DNA of 64,000 nt from a plasmid. Each line of letters opens with the position of its first letter. The stretch's first letter is position 1. The notes beneath the pieces were generated by a model, which had not been told where the DNA came from, did not search any database, and worked only from the letters and a program-made list of their open reading frames with translations. The DNA is taken from the sequence record NZ_CP118918.1; one strand, given 5' to 3'. This document shows, piece after piece, positions 26,438 to 34,914 of this stretch. Made by a program: the position numbers and the translations under genes.

Positions 26438-27013
26438 AACGCGCCTGCCTTTCTAAGTGGATGGCTATAGCCTACCATTAAAGCTAGGGCAAGTCAACGG
26501 GAAAACGGCCCTGAACTGGACCATTCGCGACACCTAAGGCCGCGACAGGCTCGACGCGAGCAGGCATGCGATGTCCGTGTCCTTCTTCTATCCAGGCGTA
26601 GTTCTACTGACGCGGGCACGGCTGAGGCCGGACGGATCGTAGGAAACAGCGGGAGGGGGCCCTGAGTGCATGACCGGCCAGTCCGGACATCGCGAACCTC
26701 GTGGGCCGCCGCAGGGGCCACCGCCTGCCGGCAGGTCGCGGTCTCTACATCCATCGTGATCAACAGATGATGGTCCAGGTTCCGACCTAAAACTGCCGGC
26801 CGGCCGGCAGCGTCTGTGAAATCGGTGGGATTCTGCAAGGCCGGTTATTTTTCGAAAGCGTTGGTAGGTGCTCCATCCCTAAGGTGTTTGCGGCCCGCCC
26901 CTGAGAGAGGGGCTAACTACGACGCATCCGTCGCCACAGTGCGGTGCGTATGCCGAGCCTCTCGGTCGTCCCAGCACAGAAAGCTCGAATACCTATATGA
27001 GGGTACAGATTTG

Positions 27014-27982
27014 ATGTTCCCACGTGTTCTCGCCGTCGTGGCCAGCGCACTGCTGACACTATTGCTGGCCGGCTGCACAGGCGACTCTGCAACGCCCAGC
27101 AATGAGCGTGGCGTCCCGGCCGCGCCACGGCCATCGGGCCCTGCTGGACATTCCGTGGACACCGTGACCCTGCAATTTTGCGGCCACAACCTTGATCCCA
27201 GTTGCACGCCGGGCAGCTATGTCGGGCCGTTCGTGTCGCTGACCCCCAACGGCGGGCATTGGGACGCCAACGGTAACCCCGTCAACGGAGGCCCGGTCGG
27301 CGCTGACGGTTCCACCGGCAACAACCTCACCCAGGAGTACTGCGCCCGCAACCAAGACCCCGCCTGCCCGATCGGCACTTTCGTTGCACCCAACGCGATC
27401 AAGAATCCCGACGGAAGCCACACCTACGTCGTCTGTGAGGGCACCATCTGCACCAACCCCAACCACGGCGGCGGTGATCCACCAGGGTATTGGGACGCCA
27501 ACGGTAACCCCCTCAACGGAGGCCCAGCCGGCGCTGACGGTTCCACCGGCAACAACCTCACCCACGACTACTGCGCCCGCAACCAAGACCCCGCCTGCCC
27601 GACCGGCACCTACGTCGCACCCAACGCGATCAAGAACCCCGACGGCACCAACAGCTACGTCGTCTGCGACGGCACCATCTGCACCAACCCCAACCACGGC
27701 GGCGGCGACGACTGTGACGGCACCATCTGCACCAACCCCAACCACGGCGGCGGCGATACACCCGACACTGACACCACTCCCGGCGACGACTCCATCGACA
27801 CCGACGAACCCAGCGATGCCGGCACAAATGACACCGGAGACACCGACCCGCCACCTGATTCCGACGATGGCCCCGCATTCGACGACACCCCGGAAAGCTC
27901 CAACGACGATGGTGTCATCGACGACACACCACCGGATTTCGACGACAGCACCGACACCGGCAGCTTCGACGACGGAAACTAG
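27014..27982 (+). CDS. Secreted lipoprotein with two and a half tandem 77-aa Cys-containing repeats and an acidic Asp/Thr/Pro-rich tail
   Basis: The ATG at 27014 gives a signal peptide with lipobox LLAGC. The repeat WDANGNP.NGGP.GADGSTGNNLT..YCARNQDPACP.GT.VAPNAIKNPDG...YVVC.GTICTNPNHGGGD has a 231-bp period at 27260 and 27491, with a partial third copy. Confidence 0.7.
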   Translation: MFPRVLAVVASALLTLLLAGCTGDSATPSNERGVPAAPRPSGPAGHSVDTVTLQFCGHNLDPSCTPGSYVGPFVSLTPNGGHWDANGNPVNGGPVGADGSTGNNLTQEYCARNQDPACPIGTFVAPNAIKNPDGSHTYVVCEGTICTNPNHGGGDPPGYWDANGNPLNGGPAGADGSTGNNLTHDYCARNQDPACPTGTYVAPNAIKNPDGTNSYVVCDGTICTNPNHGGGDDCDGTICTNPNHGGGDTPDTDTTPGDDSIDTDEPSDAGTNDTGDTDPPPDSDDGPAFDDTPESSNDDGVIDDTPPDFDDSTDTGSFDDGN

Positions 27983-28027
27983 ATGCGTGTGACGTGCTCG
28001 CGCAACGAGCAGCCTATTCGCTAGGCG

Positions 28028-28789
28028 CTATGCCCCTGCAGACAGAGTGCGGTAGCTGGTCGGGCTCATACCGACGCGTCGCTTGAACGTGGTGGAGAAG
28101 TGGCTTGGCGTGGAGAATCCCAGTGCAGCGGCGATCTCGGTGATGGTTACCGAACTCGCCGATAGCATCTCCCGTGCTCGCGCGATGCGTTGCTCGATTA
28201 GATACTGGTGCGGGGTTGTACCGAAGGCGGCTGTGAATGCTGGCAGGAACGTACTCGGTGTCATGTCCACGAGGTCGGCCAACCTGTTCAGATCGATACG
28301 ATGGTCCAGTTCGGTGTGCAGGTAGTCGATAACGATCTGCTGATCGTGGATTTCCATGCTGCGTTTGGGTTGGGCGAGACGCCGACGTACATCGGTCGCG
28401 GGGTACAGGTCGGCTATGTGCATCTGCATCGTCTGGGCCAGCGACTGCCGGAACAGCTGTGCTGCTGCACCCTCTTGAAGGGCCTGGCTGGCTAGGCGGT
28501 CCACCAGGCGGTGCAGCAGCGTGTCCGCGTGGCCGACACGAGGGTTGACATCCCTTCCTCCGAAAATAGCTGTGGGGACGGTGATTTCGCAGAATCCAAC
28601 TGTAGACCCACGTGCCAGCGCGGCGTAGCGCCGCTCGGCCGGGATCACCCACACGTCGCCCACACGCGGAAGGCAGGGGCCCGACGGCCCGTCCTCGAAC
28701 TCGATTTCCATCGACGCAAGATCCCCGCGGCGGTGCACGACGAACACGTGGTGAGGTTCCTGGAAGCACCAGTCGGTGGGCGCAGTCAC
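28028..28789 (-). CDS. AraC-family transcriptional regulator
   Basis: 253 aa. N-terminal cupin-like sensor domain. C-terminal AraC HTH (IDLNRLADLVDMTPSTF...TITEIAAALGFSTPSHFSTTFKRRVGMSPTSYR). Confidence 0.8.
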   Translation of the reverse strand: MTAPTDWCFQEPHHVFVVHRRGDLASMEIEFEDGPSGPCLPRVGDVWVIPAERRYAALARGSTVGFCEITVPTAIFGGRDVNPRVGHADTLLHRLVDRLASQALQEGAAAQLFRQSLAQTMQMHIADLYPATDVRRRLAQPKRSMEIHDQQIVIDYLHTELDHRIDLNRLADLVDMTPSTFLPAFTAAFGTTPHQYLIEQRIARAREMLSASSVTITEIAAALGFSTPSHFSTTFKRRVGMSPTSYRTLSAGA

Positions 28790-29041
28790 CCGTTCGGCGA
28801 CGAACCGGAAGTCCAGCCCTTGAACTGCAGGGTGCGCGCCGACACCACACTGCGATCAGAGCGCTTGCGGTGCCCATCCCAAACCTGCGTCCGTCCTGAA
28901 CCGCGCATTTCGAAAGTCTCCAGTTTTTCGAAGCAACCTGGCGATTAGGCCACGATAGCGGCCCCCGCCGCAGGTCGATCCGCGGTCTCGGATGATCGCA
29001 GGTCGGCTTCCCGGATTCACCTATCTGGCCAGTGCCTACGG

Positions 29042-29791
29042 CTAGAGGCTGAGGCCGTGGCTGGGCGGAGCGAGAGACTTGGCCCACCGGCGTTCTTGGT
29101 CAGTGACCTGTTCTGTTGAGCGAGGTTCTACGGTGTCCAGCAGCAGCGCTGTGAGGCGGCCGTACTGCCCGGTGCTGTGCCCGTGGTAGCGGGCGCCGAT
29201 GAACTCTTCCCGACGTGCGAGGAGCTGCACGCCATCGAGGGCGTAGCCGTATTTGCGGCATACGGTGGCCATCAGCATGGTTTGGCTGCGCGTGTTGCCT
29301 TCACGAAAGGGATGGACCTGATCGAGTTGCCCCCAGTGCCGGGCTATCGTCGGGATAAACGATTGTGGGGCAAGGTTTGCGGGGTCACTCAATGCGTGCT
29401 GGAGTTGGGCAAACACAGCAGTGGCCTGCTCCTCTACGAGACGCCCCGCTGGGTAGCGGTAGGTGACCCATGGAGCGGACCGGTCGTCGGGGGCGAAATT
29501 GACGACATCGCGCCACTGCTTTGCCATCGCGTTCTCCGGAACAACTCGCGTTGTTCCGGCCCACGCGTACACGTCCTGGAAGATGCGGTGGTGCACGCGG
29601 CGGTAGTAATCGAGGTCGACGGTCTCGGGAAGCGCGGAGTGGTCATCGAGGATGATGCCGCGCATGCGCGGCGCGACGGCATGCGCTTCGGCAACCGCTA
29701 GGTCGGGGTAGCTCTTGATGCCGAATTTGTTCTTGAGCACGCCTGGCGCATCAGGCCAGAAGTAGCTATCCCACGTGTCGTAGGACGTCAC
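29042..29791 (-). CDS. Fic-family protein, putative AMPylating toxin
   Basis: 249 aa with a canonical Fic motif, HPFREGNTRSQ. Confidence 0.8.
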   Translation of the reverse strand: MTSYDTWDSYFWPDAPGVLKNKFGIKSYPDLAVAEAHAVAPRMRGIILDDHSALPETVDLDYYRRVHHRIFQDVYAWAGTTRVVPENAMAKQWRDVVNFAPDDRSAPWVTYRYPAGRLVEEQATAVFAQLQHALSDPANLAPQSFIPTIARHWGQLDQVHPFREGNTRSQTMLMATVCRKYGYALDGVQLLARREEFIGARYHGHSTGQYGRLTALLLDTVEPRSTEQVTDQERRWAKSLAPPSHGLSL

Positions 29792-30003
29792 CTGTCCCTG
29801 AATCCCGGCTGTGTGAAGCGCGCGACCACCTCAGCGGCGGCCTGGTCTTCGTTGAGTTCACCACGGTCCATGCGGGCCAGGAGGTCGCGAACAGAGTCGC
29901 TGTCGGGGAACCCGGCGAGGCCGGCGGCGGCGATGGCCAGAGATGATGCTTCCTCTGGGGTGTAGGTCACCGGTCGGCGCTGGAGCTGGCTCATGAGAGG
30001 CAT
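29788..30003 (-). CDS. Putative antitoxin of the Fic protein (VbhA/FicA-like small helical protein)
   Basis: 71 aa. Its stop overlaps the Fic start (ATGA). Small acidic helical protein. The inhibitory S/TxxxE(G/N) motif is not cleanly present (TPEEA, GELNED). Confidence 0.45.
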   Translation of the reverse strand: MPLMSQLQRRPVTYTPEEASSLAIAAAGLAGFPDSDSVRDLLARMDRGELNEDQAAAEVVARFTQPGFRDR

Positions 30004-30370
30004 TGTAGTTTCTTTCGTTCGATGGGTTGCGTCAACGGAAAACGTGGGGTGCAGGTTCTGCGAGGCAGTCCACCCTGGAGTAGGCGGGGTATCGAGGCGA
30101 CCCTTAGCCCGGCCTACCTTCCAGAAGTGAGCCCAGCAGCGGCATGGGTCGCCGCCCCCATGCCCGCTGGCGTGAGCGTGTAGGCGATAGGTACGTCGCA
30201 GTGGTCCTCGTTGAGGCTGTAGGCGATCGGGGAGTCAACAGAAGCGCTGGAGTTCATGCGGGGCATCACCTCTCGTGTAGGAGATAGGGCTCACCGCCAT
30301 AAGTGGCGGCTGTCTATAGCCTATCAGCAATGGTAGGCTATAGACACCCTCACGGAGAGTTTGCCTACGA

Positions 30371-31558
30371 ATGAATGTCTGTGCCACAACAGAATTGGAA
30401 CTGTCCGGCCTACACGGTTCGCGTCCACCGTCGGTAGTGGTGTCCTACGGCCTCGGCCTCGATTCAACGTGCCTGCTGCTGCGGTGGCTGCGGGAACCCT
30501 CAACCCGCGACTTCGCCGTGGAGGACATGGTGGTGGTCACGGCGATGGTGGGAGACGAGTTCAGCTCTACTACGGTTGCGGTGGAGTCACTGATGCTGCC
30601 GCTGTTCCGAGAGTTTGGCGTTCGCTACGTCCAGTGCGCCCGCGGTCAGCGGGTTACGACGGCGGCTGGCGAAGGTGTTGTCGTGCTGGATGACTCGACG
30701 TATCCGCAGAAACTGTACGCGGAGGGCGCATACCGGCTGTCCGACGAGATGCTGTCTGCTGGCACGCTGCCACAGCTCGGGGGAGCACGGAAGTGCAGCA
30801 TGCATGCCAAAGGGTGGGCTTTGGACCCGGTGATTGCCAAACTCACGGCAGGGCAACCATATCGGCATGCCATTGGGTTCGAATTGGGTGAGCAGGGCCG
30901 GGCTGAAAAGGACCGCCGGTACAACACCACACAGCGCACCGGTTGGTATCCGTTGATAGAGGCTGGCTTTGACCGACAAGCCTGTCATGACTACGTGTCC
31001 GCGAACCTTGGTGTGGCGTGGGAAAAGTCGTGCTGTTCGTACTGCGTTTTCGCCCTGACGAGTGCACGTGGGCGCGCCGGGATGGTGGAGCGGTACCGTC
31101 AGGAGCCGGCGGCCGGGGCGCGGGCGATGCTCATCGAAGCGACAGCTCGGCGGCTCAACGCACGTCAGACGTTGATAGCGGGTAGCAGTGTGGCGCAGAT
31201 GGTCCGAGAGGCGGGCTTGACCGCGGTTGAAGACGAGTTCCGGCGGGTCTTCGCCGAGTCGGGTTTCGCAGTGTACGACGTCCGTCGTGTCACACCGGCG
31301 GGCGTGGGCGGTCGGCGGGGTGTGACGGCGCGGTCTGTCCGCAGGCTCGCTACTGGGTCCGAGGGCGCCATGGACGCATACCTTGCGGGTAGCCCAGGGC
31401 AGAGGGCGGTGGGGGCTGACCGCATTGTCCGGCATCACCTACCTGCTGGGCCGGGGTGCGAGCATTTCCGGGTGGTTGCCCCCGCCGTGGTAGAGGATAA
31501 GCAGCGCAAAGGATTTGATCGCATATGGGCTAACGCCAATAGCCCTTCGCTATTCTGA
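30371..31558 (+). CDS. PAPS-reductase/PP-loop superfamily protein with a degenerate P-loop
   Basis: 395 aa. The N-terminus VVVSYGLGLDSTCLL sits in place of the SGGKDS PP-loop. The downstream PAPS-reductase-family block PLIEAGFDRQACHDYVSANLGVAWEKSCCSYC follows the family pattern P[LI]..W....[VC]..Y.....L..N.LY..G..S.GC..C. Confidence 0.55.
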   Translation: MNVCATTELELSGLHGSRPPSVVVSYGLGLDSTCLLLRWLREPSTRDFAVEDMVVVTAMVGDEFSSTTVAVESLMLPLFREFGVRYVQCARGQRVTTAAGEGVVVLDDSTYPQKLYAEGAYRLSDEMLSAGTLPQLGGARKCSMHAKGWALDPVIAKLTAGQPYRHAIGFELGEQGRAEKDRRYNTTQRTGWYPLIEAGFDRQACHDYVSANLGVAWEKSCCSYCVFALTSARGRAGMVERYRQEPAAGARAMLIEATARRLNARQTLIAGSSVAQMVREAGLTAVEDEFRRVFAESGFAVYDVRRVTPAGVGGRRGVTARSVRRLATGSEGAMDAYLAGSPGQRAVGADRIVRHHLPAGPGCEHFRVVAPAVVEDKQRKGFDRIWANANSPSLF

Positions 31559-31706
31559 GCAGGTAGCAGTGTGCCTGCGCGGTCGAGTCCCCCGTCGGCC
31601 AGAGATCGCGGGCGCACTGCTATCCCCCTGTCGAACTGACCGGAGATAGTGGCGCAGCGGCGTAGTGGCGGCGAGCGGGAATTCAGATTCTACGAAGTCG
31701 TGGTGG

Positions 31707-32132
31707 TTAGTTGCTGCGCAGAATGTCGGTGACGCGGTGTTGCACAGCGGTCCAGTCCTCGGGTGGGAGCGCGGCGATGCCCGCGGTCCATCCGGCATTG
31801 GGGTCGATGTGATGGCGCAGCTCGGTGAAGCAGGCGATCTGGGGCAGCGCTCCAGTAGCGCTGAGGGTGCGGATACGGGCTACCACGTCGTGGGCGTGGC
31901 GGTCGATGTGGAGCCAGTAGGTCGCCGGGCGATGGGTGACAGCAGCCAGGTCGTCGTGTCGCACGTGGTGCCAGCTCAGGTAGGTCAGACCGTTGGTGAG
32001 TCGTACGCGTGCGACGGGGTGTCGATCGTCGACGCTGACGGCGTGGAACGGTCGGACGGCCGCCACGTAGGGGGCTGGGGTGGTGGGTGACTGGGCGTTT
32101 CGGTCTGGTGGGGGAGAGTCGAACGGGTCCAT
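31707..32132 (-). CDS. Hypothetical protein
   Basis: 141 aa. No motif recognised. Confidence 0.4.
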   Translation of the reverse strand: MDPFDSPPPDRNAQSPTTPAPYVAAVRPFHAVSVDDRHPVARVRLTNGLTYLSWHHVRHDDLAAVTHRPATYWLHIDRHAHDVVARIRTLSATGALPQIACFTELRHHIDPNAGWTAGIAALPPEDWTAVQHRVTDILRSN

Positions 32133-32165
32133 TGCAGTGGTGCCCTCCCTGGAGTCGCGGGCGGG

Positions 32166-32507
32166 TTAGGAGTCTTGCGCTGGCGTGGCCATGGCCTGCT
32201 CGATGCCTCTGGTGAGCGCAGCGACGGTGGTCTGCAATGGGGGCGCGATCTTTGCCAGAAAGACCACGGTGGGTGTACGTTCGCCGGCTTCCACGCCACG
32301 CAGGAAGATACGGTCGACGCTGGCCTGGTCGCTGAGGGCGCGTTGAGACAAGCCCAGGGTCTCGCGGCGCTGGGCGATGTTGCGGCCGACGACCGGCATG
32401 ATGCGTGCCAGCAGCGCGCGGTCGGCCTGCGCTTGCAGCTCACGGGCGGCCAGACCGGCGCGCTTGCGTTCCTCAGCAGTGGTGGTCACGGCTTTGGTCG
32501 GGGACAT
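32166..32507 (-). CDS. XRE-family helix-turn-helix transcriptional regulator
   Basis: ATG at 32507. About 113 aa. HTH: LGLSQRALSDQASVDRIFLRGVEAGERTPTVVFLAKIA. Confidence 0.65.
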   Translation of the reverse strand: MSPTKAVTTTAEERKRAGLAARELQAQADRALLARIMPVVGRNIAQRRETLGLSQRALSDQASVDRIFLRGVEAGERTPTVVFLAKIAPPLQTTVAALTRGIEQAMATPAQDS

Positions 32508-32618
32508 GGGCGGCGGTCCTTTCACGTGCGGTATCACCACCGCGACTTCTTGCCGATAGCGTACTCGCGGTGGTGGGTGAAAGGCTACCAACGGGCGCGG
32601 GTGGGTCACCGTGCTGAC

Positions 32619-33200
32619 TTATCCTTGGCTGGCGGGTTCTACCGCGGGTGCTGTGTCGTCACGGACCGGGAATGGGCTGGCTTGCAACGGTGCTCGGTCA
32701 TACGCTGGTGCGTATCGACCGTCACGGTCGTAGCCCCAGACATCGAATCCGTGCTCGTCAAATCGGTGGATTGCCGCCGCACCAGCGCACGTCATTTCGG
32801 CGCGGCAGGCCAAGCCGTTGCGATCGACCCATTCGAGGTCAGGGCTGGTCTCGGAGATCACCCAGTTAACGAGGGCTGTCTCGTCGGCCTCCAGCGGCCT
32901 GGACCGGGCGTCAGCCTCTCCGAGATACCAGTGAGTGCGGTCCTGCAATTGCCGGTCATGCTGACGGTCACCGTGGGCCTCGATGGCTGCGCGTTTCGTG
33001 GTGTAGCGGGTAGCGGTTCGTGGTGTCCCGTGCACGTCGACTATGGCCCAGCAGCGGTCGGACTTCTTGGCTACGGTCCACGTCGTGGGCAGGTTGTCCA
33101 GGTGGTCTCGCAGCGACCTTTCGAACGCGTCGAGCTGGCTGGCGCGGAGGCGGGCGTGGCGGGCATCCGCGTGTTCGGCCGGGGGCGGCTGAGTGTCCAT
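32619..33200 (-). CDS. Hypothetical protein
   Basis: 193 aa. Preceded by a copy of the CTATAGCCTACC motif element 55-100 bp upstream. Confidence 0.45.
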   Translation of the reverse strand: MDTQPPPAEHADARHARLRASQLDAFERSLRDHLDNLPTTWTVAKKSDRCWAIVDVHGTPRTATRYTTKRAAIEAHGDRQHDRQLQDRTHWYLGEADARSRPLEADETALVNWVISETSPDLEWVDRNGLACRAEMTCAGAAAIHRFDEHGFDVWGYDRDGRYAPAYDRAPLQASPFPVRDDTAPAVEPASQG

Positions 33201-33252
33201 GGAGCGCAGTCCTTTCCTCGGATGCTGTGGGGTATCGACAGCTTTCGCTATG

Positions 33253-33303
33253 CGGATTGCTATAGCCTACCACAAATGTGGATGGTTATAGCCGTCCAAT
33301 ATC
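33253..33303. promoter_or_regulatory. Second full copy of the 48-bp CTATAGCCTACC element, upstream of gene 32619..33200
   Basis: CGGATTGCTATAGCCTACCACAAATGTGGATGGTTATAGCCGTCCAATATC is about 85 percent identical to the element at 25526-25573. Confidence 0.6.
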
Positions 33304-33316
33304 GTGTCGGTGAGGG

Positions 33317-33886
33317 TTAGGCGGGGCAGGTCTCAGGCGACCACAAGCCGCGCGCCTCGTCGGCGGCGGCGAACTCGGCGGCCTGGAATTCCGCCTGGTA
33401 GCGGTGCGGTGTGTTGAAGGTGTACTCGTTGGCGTAGCCGCCGGCGATGAGGTCCAGATTGACCAGTTGCCCGGCGGTCGTCCAGACATACGCCAGGCCG
33501 CGCCCGTAGCGGTCGATGCGGTCCTGGCTGAGATCGTATTCGAGGTAGACCGACTGGCCGGTGAGCATCGCCTTGGTGTACTCGGATGCCTCACGCGAGA
33601 AACACTGAACCGGCTTGCGCGGATCAACGAGTTCAGGTGTGTCGACACCGATCAAACGGATAGTCGTTGGCGTACCGTCGATTTCGACCACAATGGTATC
33701 ACCGTCGATGACACGTACCACTGGAAAAGGGCCGTCGATCACAGCCGTGGCCGGCATCGGTGGATAGGTGGCGGTAGTGGCGGTGTGCGCCGTCCACGAT
33801 GATGGGCTGTGGCATCCGGCGAGCAGTATCGCGGCTGCACCCAGGAGTGCAGCCAGTGCGCGGCCAGCGGCAGACAGAGCGGTCAT
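33317..33886 (-). CDS. Thermonuclease (SNase/micrococcal nuclease) family lipoprotein
   Basis: The internal ATG at 33886 gives a signal peptide with lipobox LLAGC. SNase core: VIDGDTIVVEIDG...IRLIGVDTPE...YGRGLAYVW. Confidence 0.75.
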   Translation of the reverse strand: MTALSAAGRALAALLGAAAILLAGCHSPSSWTAHTATTATYPPMPATAVIDGPFPVVRVIDGDTIVVEIDGTPTTIRLIGVDTPELVDPRKPVQCFSREASEYTKAMLTGQSVYLEYDLSQDRIDRYGRGLAYVWTTAGQLVNLDLIAGGYANEYTFNTPHRYQAEFQAAEFAAADEARGLWSPETCPA

Positions 33887-33990
33887 GAGGGCATGGTGAC
33901 CGTTTCTCACGACGGATTCCAACAGATAGGCAGGTCGGTCAATCATGTTCTCTCCTAGTGTGTTCTATCGGGCACGGGGATCTCGGGCCT

Positions 33991-34344
33991 TCAGCGGCAC
34001 GTGATACACCGGCGGTGGTCCTCGGATGGCTGGCAGTCATCGCCCCACTCGCCCTCGTTGTGCAACCCCTCCATGCGGTCTGCGCATCCCCCGCAACACC
34101 CGGCCCAGCCCTGCCCGTCATCAAGGGATTCGCGACACCCTTCATCGAACGGGTCGCGGCACGCAGCATCGTCGTCACTTATGTCGAATCCGTCGAAGAT
34201 CGTTGCTATGGCATCAGGTATCGATGAATGAGGGATCGCCGCAGAAAGGCGTTCGAGCTGACCTGACGTGAGCCGGAAACCTGCCCAGTCGTCGGCTTGT
34301 TCAGGGGAAATCAATTGCAGGGCCACTACATCCGTTGTGCTCAT
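33991..34344 (-). CDS. Cys-rich acidic hypothetical protein
   Basis: 117 aa with CC..C and C..C clusters. Its 5' leader is near-identical to that of the Doc-like gene at 38925. Confidence 0.45.
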   Translation of the reverse strand: MSTTDVVALQLISPEQADDWAGFRLTSGQLERLSAAIPHSSIPDAIATIFDGFDISDDDAACRDPFDEGCRESLDDGQGWAGCCGGCADRMEGLHNEGEWGDDCQPSEDHRRCITCR

Positions 34345-34474
34345 AGCAATTAGTGTAGTCGGTTAATAGTGGCGTGGGAACACTTTTCGACACTACTTCC
34401 AAGGGAAGGGCAAGAAACTCGCGCAGCCCGATACGTTTGCGCTGACGCCACTTCCGCTGACGCTTTCAGGAGGT

Positions 34475-34897
34475 ATGCTCACAAGCGTGGCCGTGGTGCT
34501 TCATAGTTTGCGGGGATTTCCCCATACTGATATCGCTGCGCGGCTACCGCTGGAGCTGTCGGTGGCCGGACGGTTGCGCTCGGATCTGCCGGGTCGGTTT
34601 TGGTTGTGTCGAGTAGCGGCCGAGATGTGGTGCAGGCTGGACGAATCCACGGAGCGGAGCCATATCTGTGAAGCCCTCTTATCCGAGGATGGGAGTTCGT
34701 TGCGCGTGAGCGCACTGGTGGTGACTCCAGCGGCCAGTAATCAGGTTCTACAGTCCGGGATTGAGAACCTTGCGGTGCACGCTGCGGCGGTCCTCGACCC
34801 TGTTGTGGGCGAGTCAGGGGTGTTCAACGCCGCGCAGGTCGGTTACCTCGGGTGCGGACTGTTGGACGACGCGGCACGGGTGCCAACTCGGGTCTGA
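34475..34897 (+). CDS. Hypothetical protein
   Basis: 140 aa. Strong RBS CAGGAGG 5 nt upstream of the ATG. Confidence 0.45.
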   Translation: MLTSVAVVLHSLRGFPHTDIAARLPLELSVAGRLRSDLPGRFWLCRVAAEMWCRLDESTERSHICEALLSEDGSSLRVSALVVTPAASNQVLQSGIENLAVHAAAVLDPVVGESGVFNAAQVGYLGCGLLDDAARVPTRV

Positions 34898-34914
34898 GGT
34901 AACGCTGCCGCTGG

